A stretch of 64,000 nt of DNA, taken from an uncultured Actinomycetota bacterium. Its GTDB lineage: Bacteria; Actinomycetota; Actinomycetes; Propionibacteriales; Nocardioidaceae. Of the stretch, positions 1-7,019 are shown piece by piece. The stretch is from assembly GCA_963824105.1 (NCBI GenBank), contig CAWGNN010000009.1:500279-564278 (forward strand), given 5' to 3'. How positions within the stretch are numbered: the first letter of the stretch is position 1; each line of letters opens with the position of its first letter. A model generated the notes under the pieces. The model was not told where the DNA came from and did no database searches. It saw only the letters and a program-made list of their open reading frames with translations. A program made the translations under genes and the position numbers.

Positions 1-334
1 TGGCAGTGAGGAACGCAATCGCGACCAGGAGGAATGCGCCATCGATACCTCGGCCGGTGCCGACGCGGAGCAGCATCCCGAACACGTAGGTCATCAGGAG
101 GACGATCGCGCCCTCGGGCCAGAGCCGGCCCGCCCAGCGCTTCTGAATGATCAGCCTGGCGTGCGCAGCTACGACGGCCGCCGCATAGGGCCACACGATG
201 ACCAGCACCACCCAGTTGGAGTCGCTCGCCTCGTGGGACGACTTGCCGCCGAACGCGAAGGCGAGGACACACACCAGGTCCGCGAGGAGGGGCAGGATCC
301 ATCGAGTCGCAGGACGCGAGGCGATCAGGCTCAT
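1..334 (-). CDS. small integral membrane protein, DUF3054-like (C-terminus cut by window edge)
   Basis: Not in the ORF track because it runs off the window. Reverse translation from ATG (comp. 332-334) gives MSLIASRPATRWILPLLADLVCVLAFAFGGKSSHEASDSNWVVLVIVWPYAAAVVAAHARLII..., a multi-TM hydrophobic pattern. Confidence 0.45.
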   Translation of the reverse strand, partial: MSLIASRPATRWILPLLADLVCVLAFAFGGKSSHEASDSNWVVLVIVWPYAAAVVAAHARLIIQKRWAGRLWPEGAIVLLMTYVFGMLLRVGTGRGIDGAFLLVAIAFLTA

Positions 335-379
335 GGGGCACAGCATCGCAGGCGGGCCGGAGCACGATTCCTGGGCGCC

Positions 380-1279
380 TCAGGCATGGGACAGGACGAA
401 GCGTGCGATCACGTCGGCCAACTCGGTGGGCCGGTCCTCCTGGACGAAGTGCCCAGCTCCTTCGATCGTCACATGTGGTTGTCCTGCCGCGCCGAGGATG
501 CGCGAGAGCATCCACCGGTCACCCCCACGAGTGATCGGGTCGCCGTCGCTGAAGGCGCACAGGAACGGGACCTCCAGCATCGACAGGCGCTCCCACGCGG
601 CTCGGTTGGCCTCCGAGGCGGGGTCGTCGGGGGTGTTGGGCACCAGCCCCGGGAAGGCCCGGACCCCCGCGCTGTGCGCCTCGTCGGGGAAGGGTGCGTC
701 GTAGGCCGCGAGCTCGGCCGGTGTCAGGGTGCGCAGGCATCCGGCATCCACCATGCGCCCGATGTTCAAGTGCTCGGCACCTTCGACCATCCGGCGGAAC
801 TGCTGCCACACCTCGGGCATCGGGACGTCCCCGGTCGGCAGACCCGTGTTGGACATGACCACACCGGCGAAGTGCTCCGAGTGCTCGGCCAGCAGTCGCA
901 TGCCGATCAGACCGCCCCAGTCCTGCCCGAAGTAGAAGACCTGCTCCAGACCGAGCCCGTCGAAGAGGGCAGTCCGCAGCCACTCGACGTGGTGTGCGAA
1001 CGAGTAGTCCTCTCGCCGCGCCGGCTTGTCCGACCGGCCGAACCCGATCAGGTCGGGGACGACGACGCGGAGTCCGGCCTCGGCCAAGGGTGGGATCACG
1101 CGGCGGTAGAGGTAGCCCCAGGTCGGCTCGCCGTGCGCGAGCACCACCGTCGGGCCGCCCGCCGGACCGGCCTCGACCACCGCCATGTGCAGCCCGTCGC
1201 CGACCTCGAGGCGGCGGGCGGCGTAGGGGAAGTCCTCAAGTGAGGTGAAGCGGCCGTCAGGCGTGGTCAGCAGATCCAT
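380..1279 (-). CDS. haloalkane dehalogenase-type alpha/beta hydrolase (DhlA / HLD-I like)
   Basis: HGEPTWGYLYR, GQDWGG nucleophile elbow and AYDAPFPDEAHSAGVRAFP align closely with my recollection of Xanthobacter DhlA. Start moved to the internal ATG (MDLLTTPDG). Confidence 0.8.
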   Translation of the reverse strand: MDLLTTPDGRFTSLEDFPYAARRLEVGDGLHMAVVEAGPAGGPTVVLAHGEPTWGYLYRRVIPPLAEAGLRVVVPDLIGFGRSDKPARREDYSFAHHVEWLRTALFDGLGLEQVFYFGQDWGGLIGMRLLAEHSEHFAGVVMSNTGLPTGDVPMPEVWQQFRRMVEGAEHLNIGRMVDAGCLRTLTPAELAAYDAPFPDEAHSAGVRAFPGLVPNTPDDPASEANRAAWERLSMLEVPFLCAFSDGDPITRGGDRWMLSRILGAAGQPHVTIEGAGHFVQEDRPTELADVIARFVLSHA

Positions 1280-1333
1280 GACGTCTATCCTCCACCGGGT
1301 CTCGATCGGCGGAGGACAGAGGTCCACGCTGCG

Positions 1334-2704
1334 TCAGGCGCGACGCCCGTGGCCACCGCTGCTGAAAGTGGCGGCACTGTGGCTCGACGACGTTGCGCTC
1401 GCGCGGGTCTGGCCCGGGCGGCGGCGTGAGCCACCACGAGCCCCGGACGCGTTCTGCGAGCCACTGCGGCGTGCGGGCCTGTTCCCGTTGGCGGAGCCCT
1501 GGGGCTGGGGTGCGGGCAGCCCACCGGCCACGAGGACACGCTCGCCGGGGAAGAGCCGGGCGAGCACCGCGTGGTCCGTGCCATTCACCTTCGTGGTCGT
1601 CGGGTTGATCCCGGCCGCTCGGGTGAGGGCGCGCACGTCGCGGACCTGGTCAGAGGTCATCAGCGTGATCACCATGCCGGCGGCGCCGGCCCGTGCCGTG
1701 CGTCCCGAACGGTGCAGGTAGGCCTTGTGCTCCGCGGGCGGGTCGGCGTGGATGACCAGCGCCACGTCGTCGACGTGGATGCCGCGGGCAGCGATGTCGG
1801 TCGCCACCAGCGTGGTGGCCCGGCCGGAGTGGAAGGCCTCCATGTTCCGGGTCCGTGCGTTCTGTGCCAGGTTGCCGTGGAGCTCCACCGTGGGGACGCC
1901 GTGGCTGTTCAGCTGGCGGGCCAAGGCCTTGGCGCCGTGCTTGGTCCGGGTGAAGACCACGGTGCGTCCTGGCGCACTGGCCAGGTCGACCAGGACGGGC
2001 ACCCTGTGCTGGCGCTCCAGGTGGAGGACGTGGTGCTCCATCTGCGGGGCCGGCCCAGTCGCGGAGTCGGCCTCGTGGGTGATCGGGTTCGTCATGTATC
2101 GCTTGACCAGCACGTTGACCGCGCCGTCGAGGGTCGCGGAGAAGAGCATGCGCTGACCGGACTTCGGTGTGGCGTCGAGGATCCGGCGGACGGCCGGAAG
2201 GAAGCCGAGGTCGGACATGTGGTCCGCCTCGTCGATGATGGTGATCTCGACCTGGTCGAGCGCACACACGCCCTGCTTGATGAGGTCCTCGAGCCGGCCC
2301 GGGGTGGCGACGACGATGTCGACGCCCTGGGCGAGTGCGCGGACCTGTGCGCCCTGGCTGACGCCGCCGAAGATCGTCCGGGAACGCAGCCTTGCGACGG
2401 CAGCGAGAGGGGCCAGGGCCTCCTCGATCTGGGAGGCCAGCTCACGGGTCGGCGCGAGCACGAGGGCGCGTGGCCGTTTCGGCGTCGGCCGGCGGCCCGA
2501 CTCCATCAGTCGGGACACCAGGGGAAGCAGGAAGGCGTACGTCTTGCCTGATCCGGTGCGACCGCGGCCGAGGACGTCGCGTCCCGCCAGCGAGTCGGGC
2601 AGCGTTGCCGCCTGGATCGGGGTGGGGTCGGTGATGTTGCGCTCGGCGAGGATCTTGTTGAGTGATCCGGGCACGCCGAGATCGATGAAGGTTTGTGCAG
2701 ACAT
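1334..2704 (-). CDS. DEAD-box ATP-dependent RNA helicase with basic Arg/Gly/Ser-rich tail
   Basis: Q-motif PTPIQ, Walker A GRTGSGKT, DEAD box (IIDEADHM), SAT, HRSGRTARAG. Start at MSAQTF (comp. 2702-2704). Confidence 0.9.
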   Translation of the reverse strand: MSAQTFIDLGVPGSLNKILAERNITDPTPIQAATLPDSLAGRDVLGRGRTGSGKTYAFLLPLVSRLMESGRRPTPKRPRALVLAPTRELASQIEEALAPLAAVARLRSRTIFGGVSQGAQVRALAQGVDIVVATPGRLEDLIKQGVCALDQVEITIIDEADHMSDLGFLPAVRRILDATPKSGQRMLFSATLDGAVNVLVKRYMTNPITHEADSATGPAPQMEHHVLHLERQHRVPVLVDLASAPGRTVVFTRTKHGAKALARQLNSHGVPTVELHGNLAQNARTRNMEAFHSGRATTLVATDIAARGIHVDDVALVIHADPPAEHKAYLHRSGRTARAGAAGMVITLMTSDQVRDVRALTRAAGINPTTTKVNGTDHAVLARLFPGERVLVAGGLPAPQPQGSANGNRPARRSGSQNASGARGGSRRRPGQTRASATSSSHSAATFSSGGHGRRA

Positions 2705-2901
2705 GGGGGGATATCGCAATCTCATGTGGTGTCTCACCACGGACAGGTGTGTCGGCGTGGAGCCCCGAAGGGCTGGCAACACGCATCAGGATCGAGGTAA
2801 GACTGAGCGACCCTTGTGCCTGAACCCTAGCCTGCGACGCCGCATAACGACGAATCGGCGAGAGCCCGGGCCAGTCCGCGATGTCCCGGAGTCAGCTCGA
2901 G

Positions 2902-3855
2902 TCAGAGTGACTGGAGGAAGTCGATGAGTCCGGGGAAGAAGTGCTCGGGGTCGTCGTACTGGGCCACATGGCCGCCGTCGCAGTGGAGGTAGCGGCCATT
3001 CGGCATCTGCTCCGACATCCAGCGCATATGTGCGGGGTCCATGGTGTCGTGAGTGGCCCCGATGGTCAGGGTGGGGACGGTGACCCTGCCCAGATCGCCG
3101 GAGCGGTCCCAGTCGAACAGCTTGGCCTCCGGAACCGTGCCCAGCTCGCTGGGTCCTTGCATGGGCACGTACACCGCAGGGTTGATGTGGTCCAACGTGC
3201 GGTTGAACGACTCGGGCCACTCCTCGTAGGGCAGACGGCAGACGTGCTCGACGTAGTGCCCGATCAGCAGTTCCATGTAGCGGGGGTCTTCCGTCGTTTG
3301 GGTCGCCTCGAAATGCTTGATCTCAGCCAGCACACCCTGATCCATCGCCGGCATGATCACCTCCTCCGCGTACTGCTGGTAGGCCGGGATGCTCGAGACC
3401 ATGTTCGAGATCACCAGACCCTTGAGGTGCTCCTGGTGAGCCAAGGCGTACTCGAGGGCCAGCATCCCGCCCCAGGACTGGCCGAGCAGGACGAAGTTGC
3501 TGCTGTCGAGGCCCAGCGCCTGACGCACCTGCTCCACCTCGTCGACGAAGCGGTCGATCTCCCACAGGTCCGGATCGTCCGGCTGGTCGCTGCGGAGCGA
3601 CCCGAGCTGGTCGTAGTGGTAGTACTCGATCCCCTCCCGCGGGAACCACGCCTCGAACGGCTCGAACCCCTCGGACGTGGCCCCGGGCCCGCCGTGGAGG
3701 AGGAGAACTTTCAGCGACGGGTTGTTCCCGACCCGTCGAGTCCACACCCGGAAGTCACCACTCGGCGTCGTGATCGGGATCAATCGAGATCCACCGGATC
3801 GACGCTCGGACTCGTTCCAGGTGGAAGTGTCGAAGTAGGAGGCGGAGAGGCTCAT
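2902..3855 (-). CDS. proline iminopeptidase-family alpha/beta hydrolase
   Basis: LLLHGGPGATSE, GQSWGG nucleophile motif, family-typical length. Start at MSLSAS. Confidence 0.75.
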   Translation of the reverse strand: MSLSASYFDTSTWNESERRSGGSRLIPITTPSGDFRVWTRRVGNNPSLKVLLLHGGPGATSEGFEPFEAWFPREGIEYYHYDQLGSLRSDQPDDPDLWEIDRFVDEVEQVRQALGLDSSNFVLLGQSWGGMLALEYALAHQEHLKGLVISNMVSSIPAYQQYAEEVIMPAMDQGVLAEIKHFEATQTTEDPRYMELLIGHYVEHVCRLPYEEWPESFNRTLDHINPAVYVPMQGPSELGTVPEAKLFDWDRSGDLGRVTVPTLTIGATHDTMDPAHMRWMSEQMPNGRYLHCDGGHVAQYDDPEHFFPGLIDFLQSL

Positions 3856-3948
3856 GTCTCGCGAGCCTGCCACTCGGCGAGGTACTGGGGAAGGCACTTC
3901 ATCGCTGGTTCCGTGCGCACGGGCAGAGCGGAGCCACCAGCCCCTGGG

Positions 3949-5166
3949 CTACGAGCCCGCCTTGCGACTCCGCAGCGGAGGAACGACGAGGTCGGGAATC
4001 GCCCGGAGGATGAACTTGTCGAAGTGTGGAACTGTGAACGCTGCGTAGCCGTGCACCGAGGTGTAGAGCAGGCCCATGTTGATCAGCTCAGCGCGGGTCG
4101 GTGCCAGGTTCTGGGACGTTCGCCCCATCACGTCGGCGACGTCGGAGGCTTTCTGCGGCTCGGGGCCAAGCTGAGCCATGGCGCGCAGGTATGCCCGCTG
4201 CAGTCCAGTTGCACGGTCGAGGCGCACACGGAAGAACGATTCATCCAACTTCGCTTCGTAGCTCGGCACGGCGGCCAGAATGTCGTCGCGCCCGATCACG
4301 GGGCCATCGGCAACGGTCCATACGGCGTAGCCAAGCTCCTGGAGGAAGTACGGGTAGCCGCCGGTAACAGCCACGGCTTCATCAAGGGCGTCGGCGGTAT
4401 ACCGCACAGCTTCTTCCTCGGCTGGACGAACGAGCGCCGCCTTTGCGTCGTCGGGCGAAAGGACATCGATCGCGGGGAACCTGAAGAGCCGCTCGGCATA
4501 TGACTTGGCATCGCCCGCCAACTCAGCGATCTGTGGGAGCCCGGCGCCCACCAAGATGATCGGCAGCTTCCGCTGCACCATCTTGTGCATCGCTTCGATG
4601 AGCGCTTCGAGCTGAGGCTTGCTCAGGAACTGGATCTCGTCGAACAGCAGGACCACCCCACGTCCCCGCTCCGAGGCGGCCTCGCCGATTGCGAGGAACA
4701 CGTCCGTCAGGTCCAGCGCCAAGACTGCGTGGTCGGCGAACCCTTCCGCCGCCTCCACGTCGAGCCCTGCGGTCCAAGTCCCGCTTGAGTCGACGCTGAC
4801 GGTGAAGGACTTCAACACCGAAGCGGCGTGCCTGAACCGGTCGCTCCACCGCGCTCTGGGAGAGAGCTCGAGCAGGGCCGTTCGCAGCCGGCTCGCGATG
4901 TCCCGGCGGAACTCCGACTCGTCGTTCTTGCTGACCTCGACTTCAACGACCACCCATTCGCGCGCCAGTGACTTGGTGCGGAACTGGCCGAGGAGCACGG
5001 TCTTCCCGACTCCGCGCAGCCCCGTGAGGATCATCGACTGTTCGGTGCGGCCCGCCGCGATCCGGGCGAGCAACAGATCGAAAGACGCCAGTTGGTCGTC
5101 GCGACCGACAACAGCCTGTGGCTCGGCTCCTGCATTGGGCGTGTATGGGTTGGTCAGGGCCCGCAT
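3949..5166 (-). CDS. Orc1/Cdc6-like AAA ATPase (ATP-binding protein) with C-terminal winged-helix
   Basis: Walker A GLRGVGKT, Walker B VVLLFDEIQ, C-terminal wHTH-like segment (ASDVADVMGRTSQNLAPTRAELINMGLL). Confidence 0.65.
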   Translation of the reverse strand: MRALTNPYTPNAGAEPQAVVGRDDQLASFDLLLARIAAGRTEQSMILTGLRGVGKTVLLGQFRTKSLAREWVVVEVEVSKNDESEFRRDIASRLRTALLELSPRARWSDRFRHAASVLKSFTVSVDSSGTWTAGLDVEAAEGFADHAVLALDLTDVFLAIGEAASERGRGVVLLFDEIQFLSKPQLEALIEAMHKMVQRKLPIILVGAGLPQIAELAGDAKSYAERLFRFPAIDVLSPDDAKAALVRPAEEEAVRYTADALDEAVAVTGGYPYFLQELGYAVWTVADGPVIGRDDILAAVPSYEAKLDESFFRVRLDRATGLQRAYLRAMAQLGPEPQKASDVADVMGRTSQNLAPTRAELINMGLLYTSVHGYAAFTVPHFDKFILRAIPDLVVPPLRSRKAGS

Positions 5167-5174
5167 GAACCCAT

Positions 5175-5231
5175 GTTATCCATGTTAGGTTACTTTATCT
5201 GTGTCTCATAAAGTGATCTAACATGGATAAC
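5175..5231. repeat. AT-rich extended inverted repeat / hairpin (24-nt arms, 9-nt loop) 8 bp upstream of the ATPase start
   Basis: GTTATCCATGTTAGgttACTTTAT-ctgtgtctc-ATAAAGTgatCTAACATGGATAAC. The outer 14-mers are perfectly complementary. Strikingly low GC for this genome. Confidence 0.8.
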
Positions 5232-5313
5232 GCACTCTCCCCCAGACCCGCGCGCTCTCTGCTGGCAGCGGGGGTGGTTCCGGGCCGTTCCCTGGGTTTC
5301 GCTAGGTGACCCG

Positions 5314-5375
5314 GGGGAAGGGGACTCCGGTATTGGCGTGGCAGCGGTTGCCGTGCGGGCTCTTCGAGAGGAACT
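5314..5375 (-). repeat. msrA 3'-end fragment A (displaced msrA terminus)
   Basis: Reverse strand reads QFLSKSPHGNRCHANTGVPFPRVT*, matching the resident MsrA end [22 protein letters not shown] (9361-9430). Confidence 0.8.
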
Positions 5376-5413
5376 GACAGTGTCTGCGCGGGCACGTAGT
5401 CGGTTGTGCCTGA

Positions 5414-5686
5414 TCAGGCAGGGCTGAGCCAGGCCCGGAGTGCCTCGCGGATCACTTCGCTCGCATTCGAGTGATCCGCCTCCGCCCGGGCGCGGAGCGC
5501 GTCCTCCAGCTCTGGATCGAGGCGAACAGGAATGACGCGCGCGGCCGCTGACCCGATCGGCTTGCGCCCCCCTTTGCGCTTCGATGCCTGGACGTCGTAA
5601 CCAGCTTCCGCCTCACGGGAGAGTTCCTCGACCACCGCCTCGGCGAGGGGCTTGCCCTTGGCCGTTCGTGTGCTGTTCTTGGTCAT
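5414..5686 (-). CDS. ribbon-helix-helix (CopG/BrnA-like) antitoxin
   Basis: C-terminal RHH signature VIPVRLDPELEDALRARAEADHSNASEVIREALRAWL. Lies 11 bp downstream of a small toxin-like ORF. Confidence 0.65.
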   Translation of the reverse strand: MTKNSTRTAKGKPLAEAVVEELSREAEAGYDVQASKRKGGRKPIGSAAARVIPVRLDPELEDALRARAEADHSNASEVIREALRAWLSPA

Positions 5687-5696
5687 TGGTTCCTCC

Positions 5697-5948
5697 TCAT
5701 GGCAGGAGGTCGAAGTACTGAGGTCGGCACTTCATCGCGTGGATGACCATCTCGGTGTCGTCGTCGAGGAGCAGAACAACGATCTCCAGAAGTCGTCCAG
5801 TGGTGTCGAAGCCGAGCCGGAGCTCTCGCGGGGGCTTGTCGTCCTCGATTTCGTAGGCGATCAGGTAGCCGGATGCTCCCTGCTGGATGTCTTCATCGCT
5901 GGTCCCGTGTTTCGGGCCGAGCGGTGGATCTCCACGCATGACTCGCAA
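5697..5948 (-). CDS. BrnT-like small toxin (TA module with 5414-5686)
   Basis: GRLLEIVVLLLDDDTEMVIHAMKCRPQY resembles the BrnT C-terminal GRLLvVV...IISARkA..ErkqY pattern. Toxin-first gene order as in brnTA. The track start is TTG; an ATG lies at 5939. Confidence 0.45.
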   Translation of the reverse strand: MRVMRGDPPLGPKHGTSDEDIQQGASGYLIAYEIEDDKPPRELRLGFDTTGRLLEIVVLLLDDDTEMVIHAMKCRPQYFDLLP

Positions 5949-5990
5949 TACGAAAGAGACGCTCGGTCGACCCTCGGCCTACTCGCTGGC

Positions 5991-6040
5991 GGGGAAGGGG
6001 ACTCCGGTGTTGGCGTGGCAGCGGTAGCCCGTAGGGGTTC
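5991..6040 (-). repeat. msrA 3'-end fragment B
   Basis: Reverse strand reads ...[58 protein letters not shown] matches the resident msrA end. Confidence 0.8.
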
Positions 6041-6059
6041 TTGGCCGGGTGCGCGTCCG

Positions 6060-6623
6060 TCAGGCTGACGGCGTCTCGCGCTCGGTCACGGCCAACGCGC
6101 CGAGCCAGAAGCCCATCGTCAGGTCGGCTCCCCGGTTGAGAATCCCGCCGTTCATCGGCTCTCCGAATGCGAGTGGCAGGAACAGGAGCCAGGCCACCAC
6201 GGCGAGAACGCCGAGCCAGCCCCGCCGGGTCCTCCAGGAGATCCAGGCTATGGCCGGTAAGAACGCCAGCGGGGCGCCTTGAAGGTACGGGAAGACCTGG
6301 TCGGCGAGTCCCCCCGTGTCGGTCGGGGGCAGGAGCCCGATGGCGAACGCCCCCGTGGCGAACAGTGCGAGCAGCACTGCGGCCGCACGGTACCTGGCCG
6401 TCAAGAAGGCTGCCGACCAAGCCGCGATCGCCACTCCGACGTACCCGAGCCGCATCACCAGCCCCCAAGCCCCGAGCGCGTAGGTCTCAGGGTGCGCGGT
6501 CAGCACGTCCAGGTCGGGACGCAGAAGGGGGCCGACCAACAGCGCGGCGGACCACACGGCGGCGCCGGCCAGAGACAACCGGACTGCCAGGCTCCGGGAC
6601 CCCGGGGGTCTGCGGCCTGTCAC
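6060..6623 (-). CDS. integral membrane protein, DUF998-like
   Basis: 187 aa with about 6 hydrophobic helices. The family assignment is from general resemblance only. Confidence 0.4.
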   Translation of the reverse strand: MTGRRPPGSRSLAVRLSLAGAAVWSAALLVGPLLRPDLDVLTAHPETYALGAWGLVMRLGYVGVAIAAWSAAFLTARYRAAAVLLALFATGAFAIGLLPPTDTGGLADQVFPYLQGAPLAFLPAIAWISWRTRRGWLGVLAVVAWLLFLPLAFGEPMNGGILNRGADLTMGFWLGALAVTERETPSA

Positions 6624-6757
6624 TCGCCGATCGTGTCACACCGTCGACGGGGTCGACGTCGATCGTTCCGACGAGCCCCATCACAGCATCCCGGCGAGAT
6701 GGTGCGGCGCCGTGATGCGGCGCAGGCCGGTGTCGACCACCGTCACTCTGTGGTGCT

Positions 6758-6824
6758 GGGGAAGGGGACACCGGTGTTGGCGTGGCAGCGGTAGCCGTTC
6801 GGGATCTTTGCGAGGTACTGCTGA
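6758..6824 (-). repeat. msrA 3'-end fragment C (longest, ~67 bp)
   Basis: Reverse strand reads QQYLAKIPNGYRCHANTGVPFPSTTE*. Colinear with 9361-9427 of resident msrA. Confidence 0.85.
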
Positions 6825-6860
6825 CCGCATCTGTGCGAACACGTAGGTGGATGTGCCTGA

Positions 6861-6919
6861 TCAGGCAGGGATGAGTCAGGACCGGGGCGTCTCGCAGCTC
6901 ACTTCGCCCGCATTCGAAG
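6861..6919 (-). pseudogene. remnant of the 3' end of an RHH antitoxin gene (copy of 5414-5471)
   Basis: GTGCCTGATCAGGCAGGGaTGAGtCAGGaCCGGgG..CTCGCaG.TCACTTCGCcCGCATTCGA is colinear with the 3' end of the antitoxin at 5406-5471. No start codon and no N-terminal part. Confidence 0.6.
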
Positions 6920-7019
6920 GTCTGCTTTCCCCGGCCATCGGAAGGCCGCCACCGCCAGAGCTTGATCTGATCCGCTGCCCCCGGTTACCCTCGGCAGGCC
7001 TTGTCGGGAGGGGGACGAC

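Noticed and set aside
161-1243. 360-aa plus-strand ORF overlapping the dehalogenase gene. Similar long ORFs occur at 23130-25178(-), 27512-29248(-), 45564-47561(+), 49083-51194(-), 50891-52231(-) and 54737-55876(-).
   Set aside because: They are Arg/Gly/Pro/Ala-rich, low-complexity translations antisense or out of frame to genes with clear family motifs. These are typical high-GC shadow ORFs.
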